From Candidatus Hydrogenedentota bacterium (GTDB lineage Bacteria > Hydrogenedentota > Hydrogenedentia > Hydrogenedentales > SLHB01), in contig BTWA01000008.1 of the NCBI GenBank assembly GCA_045863295.1, forward strand, positions 32,001 to 96,000: DNA of 64,000 bases. The letters run 5' to 3'. The notes beneath the pieces are model-generated. The model was not told the DNA's origin, searched no databases, and worked only from the letters and a program-made list of their open reading frames with translations. Shown one piece after another: positions 21,059-31,800 of this stretch; position 1 is the first letter of the stretch, and each line of letters starts with the position of its first letter. Both the position numbers and the translations under genes were made by a program.

Positions 21059-21724
21059 CTACTTCGGCAGCAGACCGGGAACGAGGTAAATGCCTTCGTA
21101 TGCTTCGTAGAGGGCGGCCACGGCAAGTAAAAGCGCGATAAGCAGATACACGGTGGCCGCATGTCGCAACCCCCTGCCATACCCGCCGATCCGGGTTGTC
21201 GCTCCCACCCAGGCCGGCTTGATCAGACCCGCGCCTTGCAACCAGACCGTAAGTCCGGCCAGCACATAGGCCTCGCCTTCCAGCAGCAGGGTTCCGTAAT
21301 GGGGATAAACGCCGAGCCCCAACGGATGGTCAATCGGGGTAAAGAGCAGACCCCACAAAAACGCGCGCCAGAACAGGAGCGCCAACCCGCTGAAGGGAAG
21401 AATAAGGGAAGGCACATTCGCCTGCAGAATACTGCCTATCACAAGATTGATGGCGAATGTCAGGGCGGCTGCTTTCAGGAAATGACCTGATTGGTAAGCG
21501 TCGGCCACACCGGATAGAAATCCCGATTCGACGGCCTTCGCCACTTCGTTCAAAAGTAGTTCGCGAATCTCAGGCATGCGGTGGCTCACGACCATCCCTG
21601 CAGCCACCAATCCGAAATAGAAGAAGTTGAGAATTAGAAACGCGCGCCAATGCCGCCGAACCAACCCCCCGGCGCATTGGATACCGAAACAGACCTGCTT
21701 GGCGTCTACAAATGCATCGTCCAT
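21059..21724 (-). CDS. Integral membrane protein (SpoIIM-like)
   Basis: Multiple TM helices; PH...LE and AALYE motifs. Confidence 0.6.
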   Translation of the reverse strand: MDDAFVDAKQVCFGIQCAGGLVRRHWRAFLILNFFYFGLVAAGMVVSHRMPEIRELLLNEVAKAVESGFLSGVADAYQSGHFLKAAALTFAINLVIGSILQANVPSLILPFSGLALLFWRAFLWGLLFTPIDHPLGLGVYPHYGTLLLEGEAYVLAGLTVWLQGAGLIKPAWVGATTRIGGYGRGLRHAATVYLLIALLLAVAALYEAYEGIYLVPGLLPK

Positions 21725-21955
21725 ACTCGCCCCCTTTATGGACAGTGCCGCGGCTCTCGCGCTGGTAGTAGCATCCTCCAATCGGCCCCAAAAGGCAAGG
21801 GGGCTACAGCGGGCTCGGAGTCGCCCACGTGGCGAAAAGGGTTTCGCGCACGCACTGGATTATTGAGTCAACGCTTGATGGGCCAGCCACATTGGGGTAG
21901 ATTGCTGCTTGGGATTCGAGTTCCCCGGGGCAACGCAACAAGGAACCCACACGCC

Positions 21956-23218
21956 ATGACGACGCCAATTTCCCGCCGCATCTTCCTGGGTGCGGCCGCC
22001 ACGGCCGCGATCGCCGCGTCCACCCGAACTGGGAAAGCCGCCGCTTCCGATCGCATTCGCGTGGCCGCATTCGGCTGCAAGAACCGAGGCGGACAGGTGG
22101 CCGCCGACATGCAGAAGAGTGGCCAGTTCGACGTGGTCGCGCTATGCGATTGCGACGAATCCATGTTTGCCGAGGCGCGAAAAGAACTCGCGGAAACAGA
22201 CGCAAAGCCTGCCTTGTTGAACGATTTCCGAAAAGCGCTCGACGACAGCACCGTCGACGCGGTCATCGTTGCCGTGCCCGATCATTGGCATGCATTGATG
22301 ACCTGCATGGCGCTCGACGCCGGCAAGCATGTGTATTGCGAGAAACCGATGTCCTACAACATCGGCGACGGACAGGCCATTTGCATGGCACAGGACAAGC
22401 ATCCGGACCGCGTGGTACACGTGGGCACCCAACACCGCAGCGGCAAGCACTTTCAGGAATGCCGCGACTTCATTCGCAACGGCGGACTCGGAAAAATCGC
22501 TTTCTGCCGCGCGTGGATGTGCCAGTCGCGCAGCGCGCTGCCGCCCATGGAACCGAGTGAGCCGCCCACCGGATTCAACTACGATCTCTGGGTGGGGCCC
22601 GCGCCGTTCCGCCCGTATGTCGAGAACATGACCCACTACAATTGGCATTGGGTGATCGATTTCGGCACCGGCGAAATGGGCAACTGGGGCGTGCACTGGC
22701 TGGATACGGCCCGATGGATCCTGGGGGTGGACTTGCCGGATGCCGTCACGAGCGCAGCGGGCCAATATGTCACGCGCGATGCAAAGCAGTGGCCCGACAC
22801 GCAAACGGTCATGTACGAATTCCCGAACCTCACGATGTTGTGGGAACAACGCCTTTGGACAAACGTAGGAGTTCACGGACGCAAGACAGGCGTTGAATTC
22901 TCCGGCGAAAAGGGCATCGTCATTCTTGAGCGAAGCGGATGGGAATTCATTCCGCGCGAAGGTGAACCCGTCAAACATCCAGGCAGCGACCTGATGCTCG
23001 GCCACGTGACCAATTTTGCCGAGGCCATCCGCGGACAGGCCAAGTCCATCGTGCCGGCCCGCGAGGGCCATCTGAGCGCGGCCCTGTGCCATCTTGGAAA
23101 CATTGCCGCGATGACGATGAACCGCCTCGACGTCGGCGACGAATCCAACCTCTTGCCCAACAACCCCAGTGCCCAAACATGGCTCAAACGGGAAAACCGG
23201 GAAGGTTGGCAATCCTGA
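21956..23218 (+). CDS. Tat-exported Gfo/Idh/MocA oxidoreductase
   Basis: SRRIFLG; AVPDHWH, GKHVYCEKP, GNWGVHWLD. Confidence 0.9.
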   Translation: MTTPISRRIFLGAAATAAIAASTRTGKAAASDRIRVAAFGCKNRGGQVAADMQKSGQFDVVALCDCDESMFAEARKELAETDAKPALLNDFRKALDDSTVDAVIVAVPDHWHALMTCMALDAGKHVYCEKPMSYNIGDGQAICMAQDKHPDRVVHVGTQHRSGKHFQECRDFIRNGGLGKIAFCRAWMCQSRSALPPMEPSEPPTGFNYDLWVGPAPFRPYVENMTHYNWHWVIDFGTGEMGNWGVHWLDTARWILGVDLPDAVTSAAGQYVTRDAKQWPDTQTVMYEFPNLTMLWEQRLWTNVGVHGRKTGVEFSGEKGIVILERSGWEFIPREGEPVKHPGSDLMLGHVTNFAEAIRGQAKSIVPAREGHLSAALCHLGNIAAMTMNRLDVGDESNLLPNNPSAQTWLKRENREGWQS

Positions 23219-23381
23219 TCGGTAATCCAACGGCGTTTTGACAACCTTTGCCCATGTTTGGTCCAATACCCGCCAGAGTCGTGTCTGCAACCGCTGTTTT
23301 TCCGACACGCCCGATGCGTGTAGGTCCAATTCCGGGAGGCCGGTCGTGCCGGATCCTCAAGTTTCCCGCCCACAACAAAAT

Positions 23382-23969
23382 ATGCTCTGGATATTGCCCA
23401 TCCTGCTTGCGTGGAGTGTGTTCATGGTGGTGGGCCTGTATCCCGAACTCTTTTACACCCTGTTGCGGCAATTGGGGCGCGTGGTCACTCAAAATGCCCT
23501 CGTCAATTCTCCCCACTTCGTAACCGTCGCGCTGGCGGCCTATTATGGGTGGTTCACCTACCAACGCTGCCTGGAATCGGGCATGCCGCCCATGCATGCA
23601 AAGGCGCGCGGCGTGCAATTTCTGGTGGTGTCGTCGCTGGCATTTCTCAATTTCAATCCGGCATGGGTGGTATTGGCAGGGCAATTGCCAAACAATGGGT
23701 CACGTATTGCCCTTATTGGCATTATTATCGCCAAGTTGGGTGCATGGTTTTACCTGTGCCTGCTGATATTCCGCTATTACATGCTGGGCCAGGCAGGGGT
23801 CTTTTCAGAGGTACCGGCCGACAAGGAATACGCACCCGAACCGGCAACCGAGACACCGCACATGCATGAGAATAACGGGCGGCATGCATTTCCGCATAAA
23901 TCACTTCCACCCTCCGATACCGCCGATTTCCAGGAACAGAAACAAGGGGATGTCGCCGATCCCCGGTAA
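23382..23969 (+). CDS. Hypothetical membrane protein
   Basis: About four TM helices; host-like codon usage. Confidence 0.55.
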   Translation: MLWILPILLAWSVFMVVGLYPELFYTLLRQLGRVVTQNALVNSPHFVTVALAAYYGWFTYQRCLESGMPPMHAKARGVQFLVVSSLAFLNFNPAWVVLAGQLPNNGSRIALIGIIIAKLGAWFYLCLLIFRYYMLGQAGVFSEVPADKEYAPEPATETPHMHENNGRHAFPHKSLPPSDTADFQEQKQGDVADPR

Positions 23970-24129
23970 GGGCCGCTTCCCCGCATCAAGGAGGCCCCAC
24001 CCGTCAACGTATTGGGCCGGGACCACGTTGTACCGGGGTGCACAATCGTGTGTACGTTGTAACGCGGGACCGGATCAGGACTATAGTCTACCGAGGCTTG
24101 TTCTGCCGCCCGGGTGGATAATTGGAACC

Positions 24130-25236
24130 ATGGCGCATTTCGTCGTTCGATTGACTGTATTGCTCTCCTTCTTCACGCCGGTCTTCGTTGCATGGGCGGG
24201 TCAACTGGCCCTGGGCACGCCTATCGTTGAAGGCAACGAGATTTCCATACCTGTCGTATTGAACAGCAATACCGGCAAGGGCGTGGCGGCGATGAATTTC
24301 ACGGTGTCCTATGATCCCGCCGTGCTGGAACCCAAATCCGCCTTGCAGGGTACGGCGGCTGTCCCGGCGGATCGACAGTTGCACGCCAACCTCGCCGAAC
24401 CCGGATCGTACGTCGTGGTGATGATGGGGCTGAGTCAGCAGACCGTGACCGAGGGCGAAGTGGCGCGGTTGCTGTTTCAGCGAAAAGACGCGAACGTCGA
24501 GTCCACGGCGCTGTCACTCGTAAACACGGCATTTGCGGCTTTGGACGGGACGGAAGTGCCCTCCTACGGAAGTGATGCGGTACTTCAATTCACTGGCCCG
24601 AAAGAGGAACCCGCGCCGGAAACGCCCCCAACCGATGATCCGGCGCCTGTGGATCCCTCCCCTCCCACCGATGAAACGCCGGCCAACGACGAAGATCCGG
24701 CCGCTCCCGCACCGCCGGTGGATGGAAATCCGATCGGCGGCTTGCCGGAGACCGAAGCCCCGCCGTTACCGCTGCCCGCGACTCCCCCTCAGTCCGGCGC
24801 GCCCTCCCCATCGTTGGGCCTGGCATCGCCGGAAATGACAGACCGCAAAGACCGGCTTGTCGCGGCACTGGATTCGTTGACCGATCAGGCCAGGTCAAAG
24901 CAGGAAGCACTCTCCGCGAACCATCCCGGGCCGGATCCCGTTCGTGTACCGACGGCACCCCAAACGGCCAGCCCACGAACTAGCGCCGTGAGTACGGATG
25001 CGCTCCCGGTGCAGGAAGTGACTGCCCCCGCCGTTCCAGCGGAAGCAACGGCGCTTGCATCACTGGCGATGCCCTCATCCGCCGTGCCGCAACCCGTTGA
25101 AACGCCTTCGACACCGCCTGCGTCAAGCCCCCCGGGAGTAAACGGAAACACCCACTGGGCGGGGATCGCGGGATTGGTATCGGCCGTGGTGCTGATAGTT
25201 ACCGTATTGACGCGTCGCGGCCTGTTTGGCCGGTAA
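24130..25236 (+). CDS. Cohesin-like domain surface protein with Pro-rich stalk and C-terminal TM anchor
   Basis: Signal peptide; IPVVL..GVAAMNFTVSYDPAVL cohesin-like; Pro/Ala linker; TM helix followed by RR. Confidence 0.65.
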   Translation: MAHFVVRLTVLLSFFTPVFVAWAGQLALGTPIVEGNEISIPVVLNSNTGKGVAAMNFTVSYDPAVLEPKSALQGTAAVPADRQLHANLAEPGSYVVVMMGLSQQTVTEGEVARLLFQRKDANVESTALSLVNTAFAALDGTEVPSYGSDAVLQFTGPKEEPAPETPPTDDPAPVDPSPPTDETPANDEDPAAPAPPVDGNPIGGLPETEAPPLPLPATPPQSGAPSPSLGLASPEMTDRKDRLVAALDSLTDQARSKQEALSANHPGPDPVRVPTAPQTASPRTSAVSTDALPVQEVTAPAVPAEATALASLAMPSSAVPQPVETPSTPPASSPPGVNGNTHWAGIAGLVSAVVLIVTVLTRRGLFGR

Positions 25237-25447
25237 CCACGTCGTCCAGCCGCTGCCATTCCTTCGGCATCGCTGCCTGGGAACAGCAGACATTCCTTCC
25301 ACACGTGTTGTCGATGCGCGCAAGCACATGGCACCAACTCTGCCGCATCGAATTCCTTCTCGTTTTGATGTACAGTTGGCGTCATCCACGCGCGCTGCGA
25401 CAGCACGCGATTCAACTCGCGAGGATGTGCCTTGACAGGATTCCTGT

Positions 25448-26383
25448 ATGGCGATTGACGTCGTCATTGTCAGTTACAACACGGCGGACTTATTGCGCCG
25501 GTGCCTTCAGTCCATCGCCCATACGGCATCCGATCGAACGGATTGGGCCGTCTACGTGGTAGACAATGCCAGTTCCGACGGCAGCGTCGACATGATTACG
25601 CGCGAATTCCCTGGTATGACGGTTATCCCGCTGGAATCGAATATCGGTTTCGGCCCCGCCAACAATGCCGGCGCCAAAGCCGGCAAAAACCCGCTCATCC
25701 TCTTTCTGAATTCCGACGCTGAATTGACTCCCGGAGTGTTGAACGCCATGGAAAGAATGCTGTTGGACGATGAAAGCGCGATTGCAGTGGGGCCAAAACT
25801 CGTGTACCCCGAAGGATCCTTTCAGCCGTCGTGCCGCCGGTTTCCAAACCCCTTGCGCAATTTCTGGCAACTCGCGGGGTTGCACACCAAATTCCCGTCC
25901 CTGTTTCCACGAGCACACACATGGCTCTCACAAGCCGAACACGAAGCAGCGCACGAAGTGGACATGGTCTCCGGCGCCTGTTTTCTGATTCGCCGCACCT
26001 ACTTCGAATCGGTCGGCGGGTTTGACGATCGCGTGTTTCTATACGAAGAGGAACTTGACCTGTTCTATCCGACGCGCCGGAGAGGCTTGTCTGTCTTGTA
26101 TTGCCCCGCGGCAACTGTCATCCATCATCACGGCGCCAGCTCAGGCGAAAAGCAAGGCAGCGAACTCGCGCAATACCACCTGTTCTTCAGCAAGTATCTC
26201 GTCTTTGAAAAACACTACGGCCCCTGGTCCGCGACCATCACCTATTGGACCGACCAAATCCTATACGGCCTCTCCGCCCTGCTGAACCGACTGCGCGGCA
26301 AGCAAACCCCAGCCACCCAACTCCGCGCCAAAAGCCAAAAAGCCTACCGCGCATCGAAGATCATGCAAAAACGACAATCCTAA
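25448..26383 (+). CDS. GT2 family glycosyltransferase
   Basis: VIVSYN, VVDNASSDGS, LFLNSD, GGFD..FLYEEE. Confidence 0.92.
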   Translation: MAIDVVIVSYNTADLLRRCLQSIAHTASDRTDWAVYVVDNASSDGSVDMITREFPGMTVIPLESNIGFGPANNAGAKAGKNPLILFLNSDAELTPGVLNAMERMLLDDESAIAVGPKLVYPEGSFQPSCRRFPNPLRNFWQLAGLHTKFPSLFPRAHTWLSQAEHEAAHEVDMVSGACFLIRRTYFESVGGFDDRVFLYEEELDLFYPTRRRGLSVLYCPAATVIHHHGASSGEKQGSELAQYHLFFSKYLVFEKHYGPWSATITYWTDQILYGLSALLNRLRGKQTPATQLRAKSQKAYRASKIMQKRQS

Positions 26384-26400
26384 ATCGGCGAGTCGCCCAT

Positions 26401-26444
26401 TTGGACTGCGCCGGCAAAGTTCGAAGAACGGCGACGGCGCTTTG
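26401..26444. repeat. Intergenic REP-like element, copy 2
   Basis: TTGGACTGCGCCG...CGACGGCGCTTTGG, same family as 2823-2864. Confidence 0.5.
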
Positions 26445-27590
26445 GCTGGCTGGAATGGAGCTGTTTCAATCTCGACGCAGCCCCACCCATCAAACGCGGC
26501 ACATAAACACACAACATTCATCTACTCGTTCAACATTCATAGGAATCGCCTCCCCTCAACTTCCCCCTGATCCGCGTCCATCTGCGTTTGTTCCCTCGTT
26601 CGCAAGCTTCCGCTTGGGAACGCACTCCCGAAAAGCTCCGCTTTGTCTTCGTTTCCTTGCTGAACGGAAATATCCTCAACGCGAAAGGCGGCCCAATGCA
26701 GGCGTCGCACACATCCAACCCGCCCGCAATAACTGCCTCCCCTCCTTTCGTCCCATCTGCGCCCATCGGCGCTCATCTGCGGACGAAAATGGTCTTCATT
26801 CCCGCACCTCCGCCCAATCCCTGTTCAGCACCGGCTTCTGGCAAAACGCCGGCATCGACGACATCCGCTTCACTGGCTCCAACCTCAAAACTTATACACT
26901 GGTCCACAAAAAGGGGGCAGCTCAAACCCATTAATCGTGATTATTTCCAAAGCGATGTTAGGTTTTATAACGATTGGGCTTTTCATCTATTTCTATGGAG
27001 GGATCATGACGCTAGACCCTTGAAACATAAGTCTTTTGACTTTCGTAAGTCTCCGGTTAGGAAGTTTGTGCACAGTGACCGTATTGACCTAACACCCACT
27101 CCCTTGGGCGGTCAGATTATACAGCTACGGCTTGTTCACTTGTTTGAACTCAGTTGCGACAGGGTTTCGGACCCTGTCACGCGTAGCGATCGGAGGTCTT
27201 GACATTGCGGAGCGTTGCACGAGTTGTTGGAATCGCCGTTGTATCGCTGGCAAATTGCACTATTGATAAAGCACATGATGGTTCAAACGCGCACTCGACA
27301 GCTAACCATGGGACTCAGGACTATGACGCAGTGCTTCCAGGCACATCTACCGCAGATGAGAACGAGTATACGGAGAATTCTGTCGCGAGTTTAATTGTGA
27401 ATCCTTTGGGAATGAGCGGGATGCAAAATCCGCACGGATCCGAATGACAACCACGACAATCTTTAATGGTCACACCCTTGACTTACTGCTGAGATGCATA
27501 TAGTCTATCGTCCTTATGCCGTTGTCTGATTGACGTATGGATAGTGTCAGGCATTTCGATTCTGCTTATCGCAATTACGAGGAAATTGGC

Positions 27591-28271
27591 ATGAATTCAA
27601 AGCTTTTGATGGTGGCCGTTTGTGTCGTCCTTGGGTTGTTTTTGGTTGTCCCTTTGGTGGCGCGCCAACGTAGCGGTAGTTCAGCGACTGGTTCCGGCGA
27701 GCAATCGGTGCCCGGAAAACAACAACACACTGACGCCGAATATGCGAAAGAGTTTACAAAGATGTTGTCTCAACTCGATAGTATCAGGAATTTTGATGCC
27801 ATAAAGATCGATATTGAAAAGAAGATAGGCACCGCATACCTCTCGAACTCGAACGCGAGCATGTCCAGGGGGATTGATGGTTTATGCGCTGTCTTGTTTG
27901 AAGTAGTTGGATTAAACGCGCGCATAGCTTTGATGGAAGACAGATCGGAAGTCATTTGCTTCGAGTTCAAGCCGGCCGTTCCGCGCGGGTTTACGTACAG
28001 AGTCTCTGCGGGAGATACTCAAAACTTAGAGCGCGTACCCAATGACACCTTGAGAGAAGGTCTGGACAAGAATACCTTTGTTCCACTTCTATACCCTGTG
28101 CGCATATCCGCACAAGGTTTAACTGAACTCGATCCCGACCCTTTAGTTTATTATCAATTTGAACCCTTTGAAGCGAAGCAGTTTGTTCGGTCGTCTAAAA
28201 TAGTGTTTATGGACGAACTGCAATCAATTAACGCTCGCATGCGCGAAAAAGGCCTGAAGCCCACTTACTGA
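27591..28271 (+). CDS. Hypothetical exported protein (lower GC)
   Basis: N-terminal hydrophobic helix; long ORF in an AT-richer patch. Confidence 0.5.
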   Translation: MNSKLLMVAVCVVLGLFLVVPLVARQRSGSSATGSGEQSVPGKQQHTDAEYAKEFTKMLSQLDSIRNFDAIKIDIEKKIGTAYLSNSNASMSRGIDGLCAVLFEVVGLNARIALMEDRSEVICFEFKPAVPRGFTYRVSAGDTQNLERVPNDTLREGLDKNTFVPLLYPVRISAQGLTELDPDPLVYYQFEPFEAKQFVRSSKIVFMDELQSINARMREKGLKPTY

Positions 28272-28859
28272 TACTTAAAAACAGACTACGAATTAACTTG
28301 ATTGTCTATGCTGCTTTTGAGTGTATGTACAGTAATCGTATTAACCCCACCACCAATGACGAGAATGGTCTCCTCCCCCGTTGTGGCAGGGTTTCTGACT
28401 CCGCCACGCCCGATGACCAGAATGGTCGTCTATTCGTCTTGAATGCAGAGCAAACATCCACCGGCCCTGCCGAACTTGCGCATGAAAGGGTAGTCTCTTC
28501 TCCCACCGCCACGACCTATTCCGCCTCATTCCACGCAAGAGCAAACTGCGCGCCCACACAATTTGCCCATTCGCCGATGCAACGGACCATTTCTACTTCC
28601 ACTACCCCGCACATCCGCCAAATCGATGATTTACCCTTGTTTTGTTTTTTTGCTCTACAGCTCGCCAACAATGACCTCGAGAAGTGAACCGAGGGTCCGT
28701 CGCGCTCCAGTGCAACAACACGTGCTAATAAATAGGGCGAAATGGCCGAGACCGCGCGTCATCTCCCCGGCCTCGCGCATTTACGTCCCGCTCACCATTT
28801 CTGCCGCCATGGTGTCATAAAAGCGTACACTCAATGGCGCAATACGGAATTTCATTCTC

Positions 28860-31800
28860 ATGAACACAACCGACTCTATTCTGCTCCAACGCTGGGCGGC
28901 AAACCACGATGCCGAAGCCCTGCATGAAATCGTCTCCCGGCATTCACGCATGGTGTACAACACCTGTCTGCGCGTGCTGGGCAACGCGTCGGACGCCGAG
29001 GACGTCGCGCAGGAATGTTTTGTCAAGTTGGCCCGGGGCGTGAAGCCGCGCGGCGATTCGCTGGCGGGGCTGCTGCACACCATGGCCACGAACATGGCCC
29101 TCAACCGCATCAAGATGGAATCGCGCCGCCGCGCCCGCGAAAAGCGGTATACCGATCAGTTGGATCAAACAGTCGAGATCACCTGGGAAGACGTGCAACT
29201 GCATGTTGACGAAGCACTGGCGGAATTGCCGGACGACGTGCAGGCGGTTCTGGTTGCTCATTTCTTTGAAGGCCGGACACATGAATCCATCGCGATGGAT
29301 GAAGGGGTGACGCGATCGGCGATCACGCACCGAGTTGGCAAGGGCGTGGACCTGTTGCGGGCCAAGCTCGCCAGGCGCGGCGTGACCGTGGCGGGCGGCG
29401 CGCTTGCCGCGTTGTTGGAAGCCGCGCCGGCGGAAGCGGCTGCGCCCAGCCTCGCGATCGCCTTGGGCAAACTCGCGATGGCCGGCACGGCGGGAACCGC
29501 AGTGGCGACCGGTGTCGGCGGATTGTCCATAGCCGCAAAGGTGGCGATAGGAGTCGCCGTGATGGCGGTGAGCGCGACGCCGTTCTTCTGGCGATATGCC
29601 GGCCCGTCTGTTGGATCCGGACAATTGGACGTTGATGAAGTCGCGACCGCACAGGCACAGCCGGAACCCCCGGCGCCGCAATTAGCCGCGGCGGCGAAAC
29701 CCAACGATGAGCCGGGCAAAGCGCCGGATGGAATTGAGATCGAAACGGTTACCGTGAGCGACACGGGATTCGTTCGCGGCGGCGTGCATTGGACAAACGA
29801 TTGGCCATATGGAAAGTTCAGAGGCGAAACCACCGATCGTGACGGAAAGGCAACGTTGACGGTCCAGCCCGATGGGTCGGAGTCGTGGATGGCATTCAGC
29901 CAGAACACAACGAAGTGCGCGCTTGTGCGCTTTTCGCGGGCCGACGCCGAAAAGCCTCGGCAGATCGCTCTCACCCTTAACAGCGCGGCGCTATACGGCC
30001 GCATCGTCGGACCGGATGGATCCGGTGTGGGCAAAGCGCAGGTACAACTTCGATACACGGCGGAGGATGGCGAAGAATTTCTCAGCGCACCAATCACGGC
30101 CAACAAGTATGGCTACTACGGATCGGAATCACTGCCCACCGCGGATCATTGGTCACTCAGTGTCCGGGTCGTGCCGCCTGGAGATGAACCGGCGGGGCCG
30201 TGGAGCGAACCGATGCCGCTGATGAGCAAGTGTACTGCGATTACATTTCCTGACGTGGCGGTCTCGGCCGAAACGGCCGCCAACATCGAAGCCAACCAGG
30301 TTTTGGAAGGCTTCCGTGAGCGCATATACGAAACCGGCCCTGTTGTTGCCTATGGCGGATTCGTCCGCGACGAGGCCGGTGCTCCCGTCACGTTTGCAAG
30401 CGTCGAATTGATGCACGATGTACCGTCAGGCATGGTCACCACTTCCCAGGCCATGACCGACGAGAAAGGCCACTGGACCCGCATGTTGCCGGAAAACGTG
30501 ACGGGCCTGCAGGTTCGTGTGCAGCATCCTCAATTCATACCCACCACCGTGGACGAGGAGTACAAAGATCCGCCGCTGGCGCGAATGAAGGACGGCACAA
30601 GTGAAATTCGATTGCGCCGCGGACGCACAGTGAAGGGCCTCGTACAGAACGAGAAAGGCGAACCGATTCCCGATGCCTTGGTGCTCTGCGGCCGCTTCTA
30701 CAGCTATACGCCCGGCGGATATGAACCCAATGCCTCAACGCCTATTGAGGACATGACCACGACGCGAACCAACGCCAACGGTGAATTCGAATTGGCCTGT
30801 CTCGCTCCGGGCGAGGTAACGATGCCTGTCTCGGCAAAAGGATATGCACCCGCGATCGCAAAGCTTTCCGTCGGCGAAACCGCAAATGAGATTCAAGTCA
30901 CCTTGCCAAAAGGCGGAACGGTCAAAGGCCGAATCGTCGACACGCAAGGGAACCCATTGTCCGGCGGATATGCCTATGGGAATCAGTGGGTGATGGATCA
31001 ACAGTACCAAATCAGCATGTCGGCATTGGCGGACGAGAACGGCCAGTTTGTGCTAGACAATGTCCCCATGGAAGGAACAGTCTCGCTCAGCTTCGGCGTG
31101 CGGGGTATCGATGGCCGCCGCGATCGCCGGTTTCTTTCGATGACTAGCAACGAGATGACGCCGCGGGAGGAACCGTATGTCATCACGATGTACATGCCGC
31201 CGGTGTTCAAGGGCAAGGTTGTGGATGACGAAACCGGCCAACCGGTCACCGACTTCTGGGTGAAGAACGGTTGGATCTTTTCCAATAGCGAGTCGGTGGA
31301 TTGGATTCAAATGTCGAGCCCATCCCACTTCGAAAACGCGGCGGACGGATCGTTTGAAAAGAAAGTGGACGGCGTTCACCTCAGCTATCCCATCAACGTG
31401 ACGTTCGTCGTCGGTGTGTTTGCCGACGGATACTATGAATCCGTCTCGCCGGCGATGCAGCCGGGCGAGGAACTCGCGCCATTTGAAATCCGCCTCAAAA
31501 AAGGCGCACCCGTGACCGGCCGCGTGGCCGATGCGCAAGGCAATCCCGTGGCCAAGGCGAATGTCGTGTGGGTCGGTTCGAACACAAAGGCCTTTGTTGA
31601 GAATGCCATCGTGGCGCCGCGTTACGGTGGACAACCGGAGTTCACTGTAGAGACCGGTGACGACGGCTTGTTCTCCCTGCAACGCAATGCGGAGTCTGGC
31701 ATTGTTCTCGTGCTGCACGAATCCGGCTATGCCCATATCAACGCCACGGAGCACGCCCCCGGAGGCGACGTGCTGCTCACGCCTTGGGCGCGCGTTGAGG

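Noticed and set aside
26384..27530. Several ORFs in the mixed-composition intergenic region
   Set aside because: They overlap repeats, lack convincing starts and have no protein-like motifs
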